This document shows, in pieces, positions 9,069-20,644 of a stretch of DNA of 64,000 nucleotides (its first letter is position 1; each line of letters starts with the position of its first letter). The position numbers and the translations under genes are program-made. The notes under the pieces were generated by a model. The model searched no databases, was not told where the DNA came from, and saw only the letters and a list, made by a program, of their open reading frames with translations. The stretch covers positions 129,580,001-129,644,000 of the forward strand of contig OX597816.1 of the NCBI GenBank assembly GCA_951406725.2. Direction: 5' to 3'. Origin of the DNA: Octopus vulgaris. Its lineage: Eukaryota.

Positions 9069-10811
9069 TACATTAAAAAAAATTATTAGTTAGAGGTTAT
9101 GCAACCGTCTAGGGGATACATGTATCCATGGCCATTACTGATGTATTACCTATGTATAGTCCTTGCTGTAAGGTTAACAGTAGTTGGTAATTTAAAGGGT
9201 AAACCATGGTTTAATATACTCAGATAAGACAAGCAAAGAAATGGAGCAACATGCAACAATTATAAGTTGATCATTAGTATAACATTTACAGCTGTTTCAG
9301 TTTGTTATTTTTGAGGTAAACTTGCGTTTATCTTGTTCTATGTAACAAACATTAGCAGAATGATTTAAACTTTACCAGACGAATATTGACAGGAGATTGA
9401 AGGTTGACCAGAGGAAAAAGGAAAAAAGAAAAGGAAACGAAAAATAAGAAAAAAGGAAAAATTATAAATTGAAACAGCTGTAAATGTTATTTTAACCATA
9501 ATTAAACCATGATCATTCAATACTTAAGATCAACTTCTAATTGTTACATGTTGCCCCATTTCTTTCCTTCTCTCTCTCTCTCTCTTTATATATATATATA
9601 TTATAAACCATCATCATCATTGTTTAACTTCTGCTTTCCCTGCTGGCATGGGTTACATGGTTTAATATAGAGCTGGCAAACTGGGAGTTGTCCAGACTGC
9701 AACTGGCAGTTGTGGCATGGTTTCTATAGCTGGATGCCCTTCCTAATGCCACCCACTTAACAGAGTGTGCTGGGTGCTTTTTACATGCTACCAGCATGGG
9801 TGCATTTATGCAGCACCAGCATGGGTGCATTAATGCACCACCAGTATGGGTGTGTTTATGCAGTACCAGCAAGGGTGCATTTACACAGCACCAGCACAGT
9901 TGCTTTTTATGTGGCACACCTGTATGTGTGGAAGACAGCGATTTTACTTAGCTTGACACGTCAAGCAATTAAGTACAGCAAATTGCCACGTGTCCCAGTC
10001 TGCTGTCATTTCCTCAGTAATGCCCAGCATCTGAAGATCCTTTCTTATCACTTTGTCTCATATTTTCCTGAGTCTATCTCTTCCACTGGTACTCTCCAAA
10101 ATTACAGCTGTACTCATCCATACATATCACATGACCGTACCAGCACAGCCTTCTCTCCTGCACACAACATCTGATGCCTCTTATACCCAGTTTTCCTCTT
10201 AAATCATTTACACTCTGTCATGCATCCACCCTGACATTACCCATCCAGTAGAGCATACTAGCTTCATTTCTTTCAAGCCACCTCCCAGATATATGTATAT
10301 ATATTGTATAATATTATATTATATATAGGTAGCATTATCACCAACATCATTTTAACATCTTCTATTCTATGCATGTATGGGTCAGAAGGAATTTGCTGTG
10401 GCAGATTTTTCTGACTGGATGCCCTTCCTATTTCCAACCCTCACCTGTTTGCAAGCAGATAATATTTTCCCATAGTCGGGTTCAGTCCCACTGCGTGGCA
10501 CTTTGGGTAGGTGTCTTCCACTATAGCCCCAAGCCGACCGGAGCTTTGTGATTGAATTCGGTAGGTGGAAGTTACTGCCGTGTGTGTATATGTGCGTATA
10601 GCTGCTCAGTGCCTCTCCGAAAGAGAGAGAGAGAGTTAGACATATTTTTCACAGAAGACCAGAAACAAACAGCCTTGCTTGTATGATGATGATGATGTTC
10701 ATTTACAATTATCATGTGATGTTTACACAAGGATACATGCACACACACACACACTCATATGCATGCATACATATATGTATGTTTGTTTGTATGCATGTTT
10801 ATATGTATGTA

Positions 10812-10844
<33 letters not shown>

Positions 10845-10914
10845 AGCATTCTGCATCTCATACTTAATAGATACATCTACTTCTAAGTATGAGATACAAT
10901 GTGTATGTGTGTGC

Positions 10915-10955
<41 letters not shown>

Positions 10956-11375
10956 TAAACATGTGTGTTCTTATGCATGCACACACACACACACATAAAG
11001 GGTTAAATCACTAATCACTACATCAACTTAATTTCCTATAGATGCACTGTACCTTAAACAAAGACAAGATGATCACAGCTTTAATGTCATTGTTTATGGG
11101 GCTGCTGGAGTACGTTTGACCTAATTCTAAGCAATAACAGCAACAACAACAACAGTAACCAGTTCATTGATAGTCATCACTTGTATATCCAGTGTACAAA
11201 TAACCAGTTCATATAAGCTAGGGTTGTTGCTTATTCATTTGTTTCTTCACTTTTTATTGTAGCTTTTTTTGCTGATATTATTTGATCTGTTGAGAAACCT
11301 GATTCTTTCAAGTCTCAACACTGTTCTAGGACATTTCCTGCACTTACTGACATGCACTCTTATATGTAATATATA

Positions 11376-12710
11376 CAGGGTGCGGTGAATAAACTGTCGG
11401 CTAAATTACGCAAAAATGAAAATAACACTGACATCTCATTTTAACAGATATATTTACCAAAATTACATACCTGTGCCGGAAGCACATAAAAAGCACCATC
11501 CGTACGTGGTCATTGCCAGCACCGCCTTGACTGGCTTCTGTGCCGGTAGCACATAAAAAGCACCATCTGAACATGGCCGATGCCAGCGCCGCCCCAGCTG
11601 GCTTTGTGCCGGTGGCACATAAAAAGCACCATCCGAACGTGGCCGTTGCCAGCGCCGCCTTGGCTGGCTTCCATGCCGGTGGCACGTTAAAAGCTCCAAC
11701 CGATTGTGGCCAATGCCGGGCCCCCCTGGCACCTGTGCAGGTGGCACGTAAAAAGCACCCACTACACTCGCGGAGTGGTTGGCGTTAGGAAGGGCATCCA
11801 ACTGTAGAAACTCTGCCAGATCAGACTAGAGCCAGGTGCAGACCCTGGTCGAACCGTCCAACCCGTGCTAGCACGGAAAACGGACGTTAAACGATGATGA
11901 TGATGATGATGACATCAACATTTCTTGAAATACTAAAGAGTAAATTTATTCAATAAAATCACCACTGGCTTCACCCACGGCATCCACACGACTTTGGAAT
12001 CTGCTGCAACTTTTCTGGACGGTCTACTTGTATAAGTTGGTGAATGCTGCCATAATCCTTGCCTTCAGTTCATCTTTGGTGTTACAAGGAGTTTTGTTGG
12101 TCTCTCGCTCAACTGTGCCTCATACATAATAGTCAAGGAGGTTGCAGTCCGGGGAGTTAGGTGGCCAGATGTTAGGGGTGATGTGGTTGCAGTAATTGTC
12201 TGACAGCCATGACTGGATTCTCCTGTTTGTGTGACATGGTGCAGAGTCCTGTTGCGAGACATAGGTCTTCCAGCAGCCACCCTTTTGACCCAGGGCAGCA
12301 CTACTGCCTCCAGGCACTTGATGTAGGCTTCCATGTTGAGTCTGAGGCCATGTGGAAAGATGAATGAAGGCATAACGTCGCCATCACTAGTGATCACTCC
12401 AGACACCATGATGTTAGCTGGCTGTTTGATTTTTATCACTCTCAGTACATGTTTTGGGGACACAGCAAACACTCAGATTGACACCCAAACACTCTGAAAT
12501 GTTTGTATTGGAGGGTTCTGCCATGAATGCCAAACTACAGCATGTTGTTTCCAAATTTCTGGCAGAGTGAATTGCATCATGGTGCTGTTTTTCTCACAGA
12601 CGGTGCCCAACTAGCCCTACTATACTGTGTAGGTGACAAAATTAAAAACAAACAATGTGCATATGCAAAATTAAAAATATAAAATGATGACAATTTACTA
12701 CCACACCCTG
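11376..12710 (-). mobile_element. Degenerate Tc1/mariner-superfamily DNA transposon with a nested RTE-tail repeat (about 11466-11910)
   Basis: TA-flanked TIRs CAGGGTGCGGTGAATAAACTGTC / GACAATTTACTACCACACCCTG. Frameshifted transposase remnants QQDSAPCHT and WPPNSPDCNLLDYYV. Confidence 0.88.
11480..11760. repeat. GC-rich minisatellite of about 60-bp units inside the nested repeat
   Basis: GCACATAAAAAGCACCATCCG.ACGTGG...TGCCAGC.CCGCC...CTGGCTT.TGTGCCGG repeated about 4-5 times. Confidence 0.8.
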
Positions 12711-13516
12711 TATATCATCATCATCATTTACCATCTGTTTTCCATGCTGGCATGGGTTGGACAGTTTGACAGGAGCTGGCAAGCTGGAGAGCTGCACCAG
12801 GTTCAGATTATCTGTTTTGGCATGGTTTCTATGGCTGGATGCCCTTCCTAATGCCAACCACTTCACAGTTTGTACTCAATGCTTTTCATGTGACACCAGC
12901 ACAGGTACTTTTAACATGGCACCAGCACTAGTGGGGATTACCAAGTAGCTTGCAAGATGAAGACCTCACAGCTGAAAGAGTGAATGGAACTGAAAGAAGC
13001 GGCTGCATGCCAGGCAAGAGGTTAGAGCATAATAGAGGAAAGAGGGATGGAGATAGTTGTCTCATTATAGAGAAGATACTTGGCTGGGAGTGGAATAAAC
13101 ATCTACTCTCTCACTTCACTTCTATAATACATATACATATATATATATTTACAGGAAGTTAACTATATGGCCAGTCATAGATTGAACAATGGTTTTGCAT
13201 CCATAAAGCACTTAGTTCTACAGACGATTTGTTGAACTCCAGTGCCCTCAGCCATGCCCAATTAATTCAAATTAATTGGGCATGGAAATGGCCATAGGTT
13301 CTATCAGTTTGATATTGTTCGAAATTGAATTTGTTTCAATAATTTAATGTCTGCACATCAATTTCTGCATTTTCTTTTTCTTATACATAAATGGTAAAAT
13401 ACTCATATCCATCAATGTAAAGCTAACATCTTTTAGTATCTCACTGATACACTGGATAAAACCAGGCAACTTGGATGCTGATGTCCCTTTAAGAGGTATT
13501 TATATCCTAGAAATAA

Positions 13517-13561
<45 letters not shown>

Positions 13562-13562
13562 C

Positions 13563-13596
<34 letters not shown>

Positions 13597-13872
13597 TGGA
13601 AATTAGTAAGGAATTTCTGAAAGTGTTTACTTGTTCGCTCACAGTTAGGTATTCAAAATAGGTTATTCAATGGTTAGTATATAAATCCAGTAATAATTCC
13701 TATATGATAAGAATTTAGAGATATACTCTACTGGATTATTCTAAATATATTACCTTTAACCAAATAGGTTTCCTGGAGTGTTTAGTATCAATTATAATAA
13801 TTATAAGGATTATTACAAAGTAGCATTAGCATTACCTTTAATTAATTTTTACATATAAATACAACCTTAAAT

Positions 13873-13958
13873 AGACCTACATATGTTTCTACTGTGTTTG
13901 TTTGTAACCGTTGGAATTGCAACCTTACTATAATACCAATGAAATTTCTTCAGGGTCT
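13873..13958 (-). ncRNA. Type I hammerhead ribozyme-like motif (stem II degraded)
   Basis: Minus strand: AGACC-CTGAAGA-(57 nt)-GAAAC-ATAT-GTA-GGTCT. Stem I is AGACC/GGTCT and stem III is palindromic. Confidence 0.7.
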
Positions 13959-14227
13959 TCACTTTAATATTCTTTGAGATTTAGCTGGTTAAATTTTATG
14001 TTGATTTTCTTTGCATTCAATGATGTGGAGTTGTACATTAATTTAAACACGAACTATCTTCATTTTCAAGTATTGACTAGATAATCACTCGTTTATTCCT
14101 TATAGTCAGTTATTTAAAAAAATTTCATTGTTTAAATATTTATGAGTCATTAATATAGAGCAAAGGTAAATTTTCTCATTTGCAAGCATCTTAAAGCTTG
14201 TTCCTGTCACAAAGAGTATTAAAGTGA

Positions 14228-14313
14228 AGACACTGAAGAAACAGAACCAGTATTATAGTAAGGTTGCAGTTGGAATGGTTACTAACCAATGCACTAGAAA
14301 CAAATGTAGATCT
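14228..14313 (+). ncRNA. Type I hammerhead ribozyme-like motif, diverged inverted copy of 13873-13958
   Basis: AGACA-CTGAAGA-...TATTATAGTAAGGTTGCA...-GAAAC-AAAT-GTA-GATCT; shares the flank TATTAAAGTGAAGAC with the minus-strand copy. Confidence 0.6.
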
Positions 14314-14372
14314 ATTTGATCCTGTAATTATATATGTATAAATTTATAAATGTGTATGTATGTATATGTATA

Positions 14373-14746
14373 CTAGCAGTATTGCCTGGCATTGCTCAGG
14401 TTTGTTTTGACCCTTTAGAATTGTAATTTTTGAAAAGTAAAAATTTTGCATTATGTAGCTTGTTATTCTCTTTAAGTGAACATTTTTCTGGTTGAAATAC
14501 ACCAAAAAATGGTGACACAGCAGTTAAAAAATCGTAAAAATAGAGATTTTCATAGAAAAAAAGCACCTTTTGATGTAAATAATTTTTGGTGCTAACATGG
14601 TCCAATTTGAATTTTTTCCTTCTACGGAATGAAGAGCAAGCCTTCTTCTATCATACTCTCAATTTTGGTCAATTTGTGCCACAGGGTCTCGGAGGAGATA
14701 GTGTTAGTTGAAGGCTACCAAACCTGCCATACACAGACAACTTTAG

Positions 14747-14760
<14 letters not shown>
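14373..14760 (-). mobile_element. Non-autonomous Helitron-like element
   Basis: Minus-strand 3' end CTAG|T with a degenerate subterminal hairpin (GCCTGGCATTGCTCAGG on +); the other end reads TATATATAAAAG in a TA tract. Confidence 0.55.
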
Positions 14761-14777
<17 letters not shown>

Positions 14778-14783
<6 letters not shown>

Positions 14784-15006
14784 TGGCCAAAAGTGGCCCA
14801 TCAGTAAATCAAAATTTCATAAATACTATCTGTAATTCTGTATTGACTCGAATGGAAAAATGTGTCATTCAAGAAGAACTTCAGTTTGAAAAATTTTCAT
14901 GATGTTTCATATTTAGATGCTTTTATTAAATTCATTTAGTTGTTAAACATAAATCTTGGAATAAAATGGTTTTGATTTACTGTCAGGTGACTTTTGGCCA
15001 ACCCTG
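14778..15006. mobile_element. Tc1/mariner-type MITE
   Basis: TIRs (T/C)AGGGTTGGCCAAAAGT / ACTTTTGGCCAACCCTG with internal continuation CAGTAAATCAAA / TTTGATTTACTG, flanked by TA. Confidence 0.8.
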
Positions 15007-15319
15007 TATACACACATACACACACACACATAATAGTTATGACCATTTCTGTAAAATACAAGTAATAGTGGTATTGATTTGATAATCAAAGGCCATTTGG
15101 TTACTAATACCAACAGTTCTGTGAATAGATCAAAAGAATCAGCAGCATACATCAACATCAATAACAAAAATCTTTCTGACTCTAACCTCAGTGATTTATA
15201 GGAACAGCTTTTCACTGAATGTGAGATTAAAAGGATATATGACTTATTTGTGGGAGTGTCACTGTCACCATCAATATCACTACAGGAGGCATCTTTACCA
15301 GTCACTGTTGTCGTTATTG

Positions 15320-15350
<31 letters not shown>

Positions 15351-15479
15351 CCACCACCACAGTCATTATCTTTGTTGGCATCAGAGTCAAAACAGCTAGC
15401 AGTGGTGTTAAGAGAATCATTAACATTGTCTCTGCTACCAACTTCACCACCATACTTGACAACATGGGATATTGTCCTC

Positions 15480-16240
15480 ATCATCATCATCAACATTTAA
15501 CATCCATTTTCCATGTTGGACTGCTTGGCAGGAACTGCCAGGGCCAGAAGCCACTCCAAACTTCCTTGTCTGTTTTGGATTGGTTTCTATGGCTGGATGC
15601 CCTTCCTAATGCCAACTACTTTACAGAGTATATTGGGTGCTTTTTACGTGGCACCAACACCTACACCAATGTTTTTTATGTGGCACCTCAGATTTAGGAT
15701 CTCAATTCTGTTGTGGTGGGTGGGTCTTCTCAAGTACAGCAGTGCACTACATATCTTGGTCCTCTTTCATCTCCTTCATAAGGTCCAGCATTTTGTGGAT
15801 CAGCTTTCAATACTTTGTCCCATGTCTTCCCCTTACACAACTTGCCACCAATTTAAGTGATAAGGACATCTTTATGCAACTGCCCATCCATCTGCATCAT
15901 ATGACAAACCAGTGCAATCTCCTTTCTTGTACTGTGCATATAATTTCTCTTATGCCCAACTTCTCTCTCAGTGCACTAATGCTCTGTCACACATGCACAC
16001 TGACATCGCATATCCAATGGAACATACCAGCTTTGTGTCTTTCCATCCTTTACATGTCCTCTGCATTCAGGGCCCATCTTTCACTACCATGCAACATTGT
16101 AGTTTCTACACATGCATCATACAATCTTCCCTTCACTCAGAGAGAAAGACCCTTGGTTGCCAACAGGGATAAAAGCTCTCTGAACTTTCTCCATGCTATT
16201 CTAACAATTACACTTTCTGTATAACCTCCTCCACTGCTAA
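15480..16240 (-). mobile_element. Degenerate RTE-clade LINE 3' fragment
   Basis: Remnant peptide GGGYTESVIVRIAWRKFRELLSLLATKGLSL followed by the common 3' repeat and the (ATG)n tail; homologous to about 51580-52280 (+) and 54210-55620 (-). Confidence 0.8.
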
Positions 16241-18239
16241 TTAGGACTGTTATGCAAATAAGAAAACCTTGATGTGGACATTCAATCTGTAATAAATAGG
16301 AGCCCAAATCTCTCAAAAACTTTACTCTGCTCTCTTTAAAAAGAACAGAAACACACATTGTATGATATAATGATTGGTTACTGATATACAAAAAGACAGA
16401 TTTATCAAGACTAGAATGCCTTTGATTATCTGTGTGCTAGATTAGGATTGACCTGGGTCTAAACTATAACAACAAACCAATCATCAAATCAATGAGGAAA
16501 CCTCAACAAAGTTTCTTGACACGTTAGAAATATAGGAAGTCTAATATGATTGAAACATGTTTATTTTTTTCACTAGTTAAATTGGTTTCAAATTTTAGCA
16601 CAATGCCAGCAGATTTGGCAGGAAGCTCTGTCAAATAAATTGACCACAATGTTCAACTGATACTTATTTTATTGACCCCCAAAAGGATAAAAGGCAAAGT
16701 TAGCCCCAGCAGAATTTGAACTTAAAAATAAAATAAAAAAACTAATGAAATACTGTTAAGTATTTCACCTGGCATGTTAACAATACTGCTAGCTTGTCAC
16801 CTTTTTCGCTAGTTACATTAAAGACCAGGTTCATACCATGTTGCTATTTTCTGAATTTAAAATACAGATTAAGATAGCATTACAGTGTCTATAAAACATT
16901 ACTAATAATTTGATTTGTTCAACTGATCTTATTTATGAGAAATCAACAAATAAAGCTCAATTAAATAGTAAAACAGAATAGTAAATATATTTATCAATAT
17001 CCTGCAAAAGTGAAATAAGTCTTCTTTCCATGAGTCCTTAACACCTGATGGAGTTGTAGGGGTCACTGTAGAGACATATAGCATGTCTTAAGTATTTTAA
17101 TCTTGGAGGAACCCATCTCTTTCTAGATTTGATCACATGCAATTTCTTCCAGTAAAAAGGGGAATCAGCCCCAGTACTGGACTAACTGATACTTTATTTA
17201 TTGACCTACTAAAGAATGGAAGATAAATTTGGTCTCAGTGGGATTTGAACTCAGAGCACAGGGAATTGGAATGGATGCAGCAAGGTATACTATATGACAC
17301 TTCAACAATTCAGCAAATTCGCTCATATATCATTAGCATTTTATTTGATTATTGTAACTTGTTTACTTTAAAGTGTATTGGAACTCAGAAATATTCTGAA
17401 TTTTGAATCAACCTTAATCACTTAGTTGTTCACAAAAACAGAAGGAAGTATAACACTGGTTTCACATGGGTCCTTCGAAATGCAGGGCTCATTGCATATG
17501 CTACTTATTCTTGCTACTAAATTAATCTAGCCTTGATTTTGAGTATTAGTTTCCTCACATCCACAACATATCAAAAACTGAATCTTAAAGACTGGTCTTC
17601 CTTTTTTAGGACCACAAAAGCTCCCAAAAGGTGTGCACTCTCTGCAAAGCTCAAGTGAGGGGCATAATAAAATACATCTGGGATGGTGCCGTGTTTTTTT
17701 ACCACACGGATATCTTACTCCAGAAATCCTTATCATCCATAATGTGTCTACCCTCCCATCTTTGTACGAACTACTGTACCAAATCCAGTCCTTACAATTT
17801 AGATTGAGAACAACAACTTAACTAGTCTACAAACACTATTGACATTCATTTTCCAAATAACTGAAGAAGGAAGTACCTCAGGAATGCAATAAGTACATAC
17901 TGAATAAATATACCGTACGGTATCACGTAAGAAATGCAATAAGTTAAAAATACTCAATTAAGTGAGATTATCCATGAAATTAGTAGACAAAAACTTTATC
18001 TGATGGTGTTTAATCACTAAAAGCAAAAAATCAAGGGAGATAACCTCAATAAACTCTTACTAAATTATGTTTTGGTACAACAAATGGAATAATTCTCAAG
18101 ATATTTGGTACTTTCTGAACAGTTTGATACCCTGCACTACCTTGTTTCTGCATATATTCTTTTACATAGCATGGCTGTATGATAAGAAGTTTGCTTCCCA
18201 ACTATGTTTCTAGGTTCAGTTCCAGTGATGGATTGGATC

Positions 18240-18600
18240 AGTAGTCTTTGTGTAAGCTTTCTTCTGCCATTGTAAGATGTTTCCATCCACCCCTAAGATA
18301 CCTGTAATATTCCTCATCAGATATAGGGGAAACAGCCAAGTCATTGATGGAGATGTTGCTAGTCTGGTTTACAGTTTTCTTTCTTTTCACAACCATATAG
18401 TAACGTTTATCCTGACCAAACTCCAACCCTATATCCTTTGAGAATGTTGTAACCAGGTCAAGGCTCTTTTTCATCTCAGGCATATTCTTTGCATATGGTT
18501 TCAAGTCATCCACAAGGAAACAGTGTGCAATTTTGGTATTTCTGCTTCCTTGTGAACCAGTGAGATATCCTTCAGACTTCCTTAATATGAATGACAAGTG
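18240..18600 (-). mobile_element. Degenerate non-LTR RT fragment, R4/Dong-like
   Basis: KIAHCFLVDDLKPYAK...TFSKDIGLEFGQDK...YRYL resembles the (I)SHLLYMDDLKLY...FS.DIGM.FGLDKC...YKYLG region of R4/Dong RTs. Confidence 0.7.
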
Positions 18601-18936
18601 GGGTTTGTATGCATACAAACCCCACTTTGTGTTTCCCCACCACCACCACTTGACAACTGTTGTTGGCTTGTATACGTTTCCGTAACTTAGCTGATCAGCA
18701 AAAGAGACAAATTGAATAAGTAACAAACTTTAAAAAATATAAGTCCTGGCGTTGTTTCGTTTTATTTAAATCCTTCAGTGTGGTGCTCCAAAATGGCCAC
18801 AGTCTAATGACTGGAACAAGCGAACAATTTTCAATGAAATTTCACAGAGATGTGTTTTTCAAGGTGCAGATGATGCTGATAAAATTTTTAAAAGTACCAG
18901 ATAGTAGGTAGATTGATTTAATAATGAAAAACCTTA

Positions 18937-19150
18937 AGGCAGCGAGCTGGTAGAATCATTAGCAAGCCGGGCAAAATGCTTAGCGGCATTTCGTCTCTCT
19001 TTACACTCTGAGTTTAAATTCCACCACGGCCGATTTTGCTTTTCAAACTTTCGGGGCCGATAAAATAAAATACTAGTTGAGCATTGGGGTTGATATAATC
19101 TGCTATCCCTTATCAGAAAAATTCAGTCCGTGTGCCTGTAGTAGAAAGGA
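18937..19150 (+). mobile_element. SINE of a second abundant family
   Basis: GGC.GCGAGCTGG.AGAA...TTAGCA.GCCGGGC.AAATGCTTAGC...GAGTT.AAATTCC...TTTGCCTTTCATCCTTTCGGGG. Copies near 16580-16800, 32797-33156, 37810, 44170-44600, 47080, 52380-52600, 53560-53750, 56455-56750 and 61600. Confidence 0.75.
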
Positions 19151-20240
19151 TTATAATGAAAAGCCTCTTACTTGTTAAAGCCAACTGGTTATCTCCCTTG
19201 CACCTGATATTTAGCAGGGACTAAAAGCTATTTATATCTTCAATAAGAACAACATAAAAATTACTTCGGACACGACATAATATTTATACTATGTGGACCG
19301 TATTTGATGCAGCGAAAAGATTTCTTTAAAATGTTGCAGTTTCACACAGGGAACAGTTATCTAACAAAATATTGTTGAAATTAAGGCTCAGATCAATCCG
19401 CTTCAAACAGGCCTATATGATGAAAACATTCCAGCTATAACCACCCCATCTTTTCCCCAGGAACAGAGCAGCTAGGAGTACACCTGATTTGTCTTCCTTT
19501 CTTAAGATGGCAAGATATGATATGAAGAAGACTTGCTTATTATTTATAACACGTCGAGTAACTGTTAAGAGTTTCTCTCCTCTTTCTAACAAGTCACAAA
19601 GCCACGTATAGGATTTCTTCTTGGCTCGAATAGCCAAGCTGAAATGGATTAGCAAAATCGTTAGAGTGTTGGAAAACTTGCTTAACAATATTTTATTTAT
19701 GTCACTTTACTTTCTGAGTTCAAATCTCACCAACATCAGCTTTTTTTTTTTAATCCTTCCAAAGTCGATAAAATAAATTACAAGACAAGTTCTGGGTTGA
19801 TTTAACATTCCAATAATGCATTCTAGATGTGAATGGGATTATAATACAAGACAAAATGAGACAGTTTGAAAACAAGTTATTTCAACTGTGACAGTTGTTA
19901 TAACGTTAGGTGTAAATTGCATGTTGCTAATAATTGCGGTGAAAAAAGATAAGGGTTTGACATACCTATGTAGTTTAGATGTTCACTTCACAGCTACGTA
20001 TTCAATCCAACAGTATGGCACCTTAAGCAAGTGTTTTCCATTGGTAAACCAGTAACTTTTGAAATAAAATTTTGTATGTGGAGACTAAGCAAAAGGCTAT
20101 GTTATATGTATATATGTGGATATCTTTAAACATCATTAAAGAGCCTATAAAGCAATGCTTTTGAACAAAAATACCTTGTGGTATTTACTCTGCTCAAGTA
20201 TATATATGTATATACATATATATATATATACACACATACA

Positions 20241-20284
<44 letters not shown>

Positions 20285-20600
20285 CATACATAATACACAC
20301 ACACATATATATATACCCAGTAATTCCTGGAAAAGTGGGGCTTTTCCCTTGGTTCCGTTCTCATAATTGTTTTGCTAATCCAATAACAATACAAAGTATG
20401 TAGCCCTTGGTTTTTGTGCATTTACAGAGAATACCGAACAGTCTTACATAGGATCTTGTTTTTAAGAAATCCTAATAAGTTATGAATAGCCAAATCATAA
20501 AGTCAGTTACATAATAACATGAAATTAGTTACACGATAGTAAGAATTCAAATAAAGTAGCCCCGAAAAGGGCTTTAATACATTCCCAGAGTTTATAGAAC

Positions 20601-20602
<2 letters not shown>

Positions 20603-20644
<42 letters not shown>

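Noticed and set aside
11480-11760. Regularly spaced repeats superficially like a CRISPR array
   Set aside because: The whole unit repeats with no unique spacers, there are no cas genes, and the context is eukaryotic.
14943-15697. 120-aa and 168-aa ORFs as possible host exons
   Set aside because: No recognisable domain or convincing splice pair; they run through microsatellite and repeat sequence.
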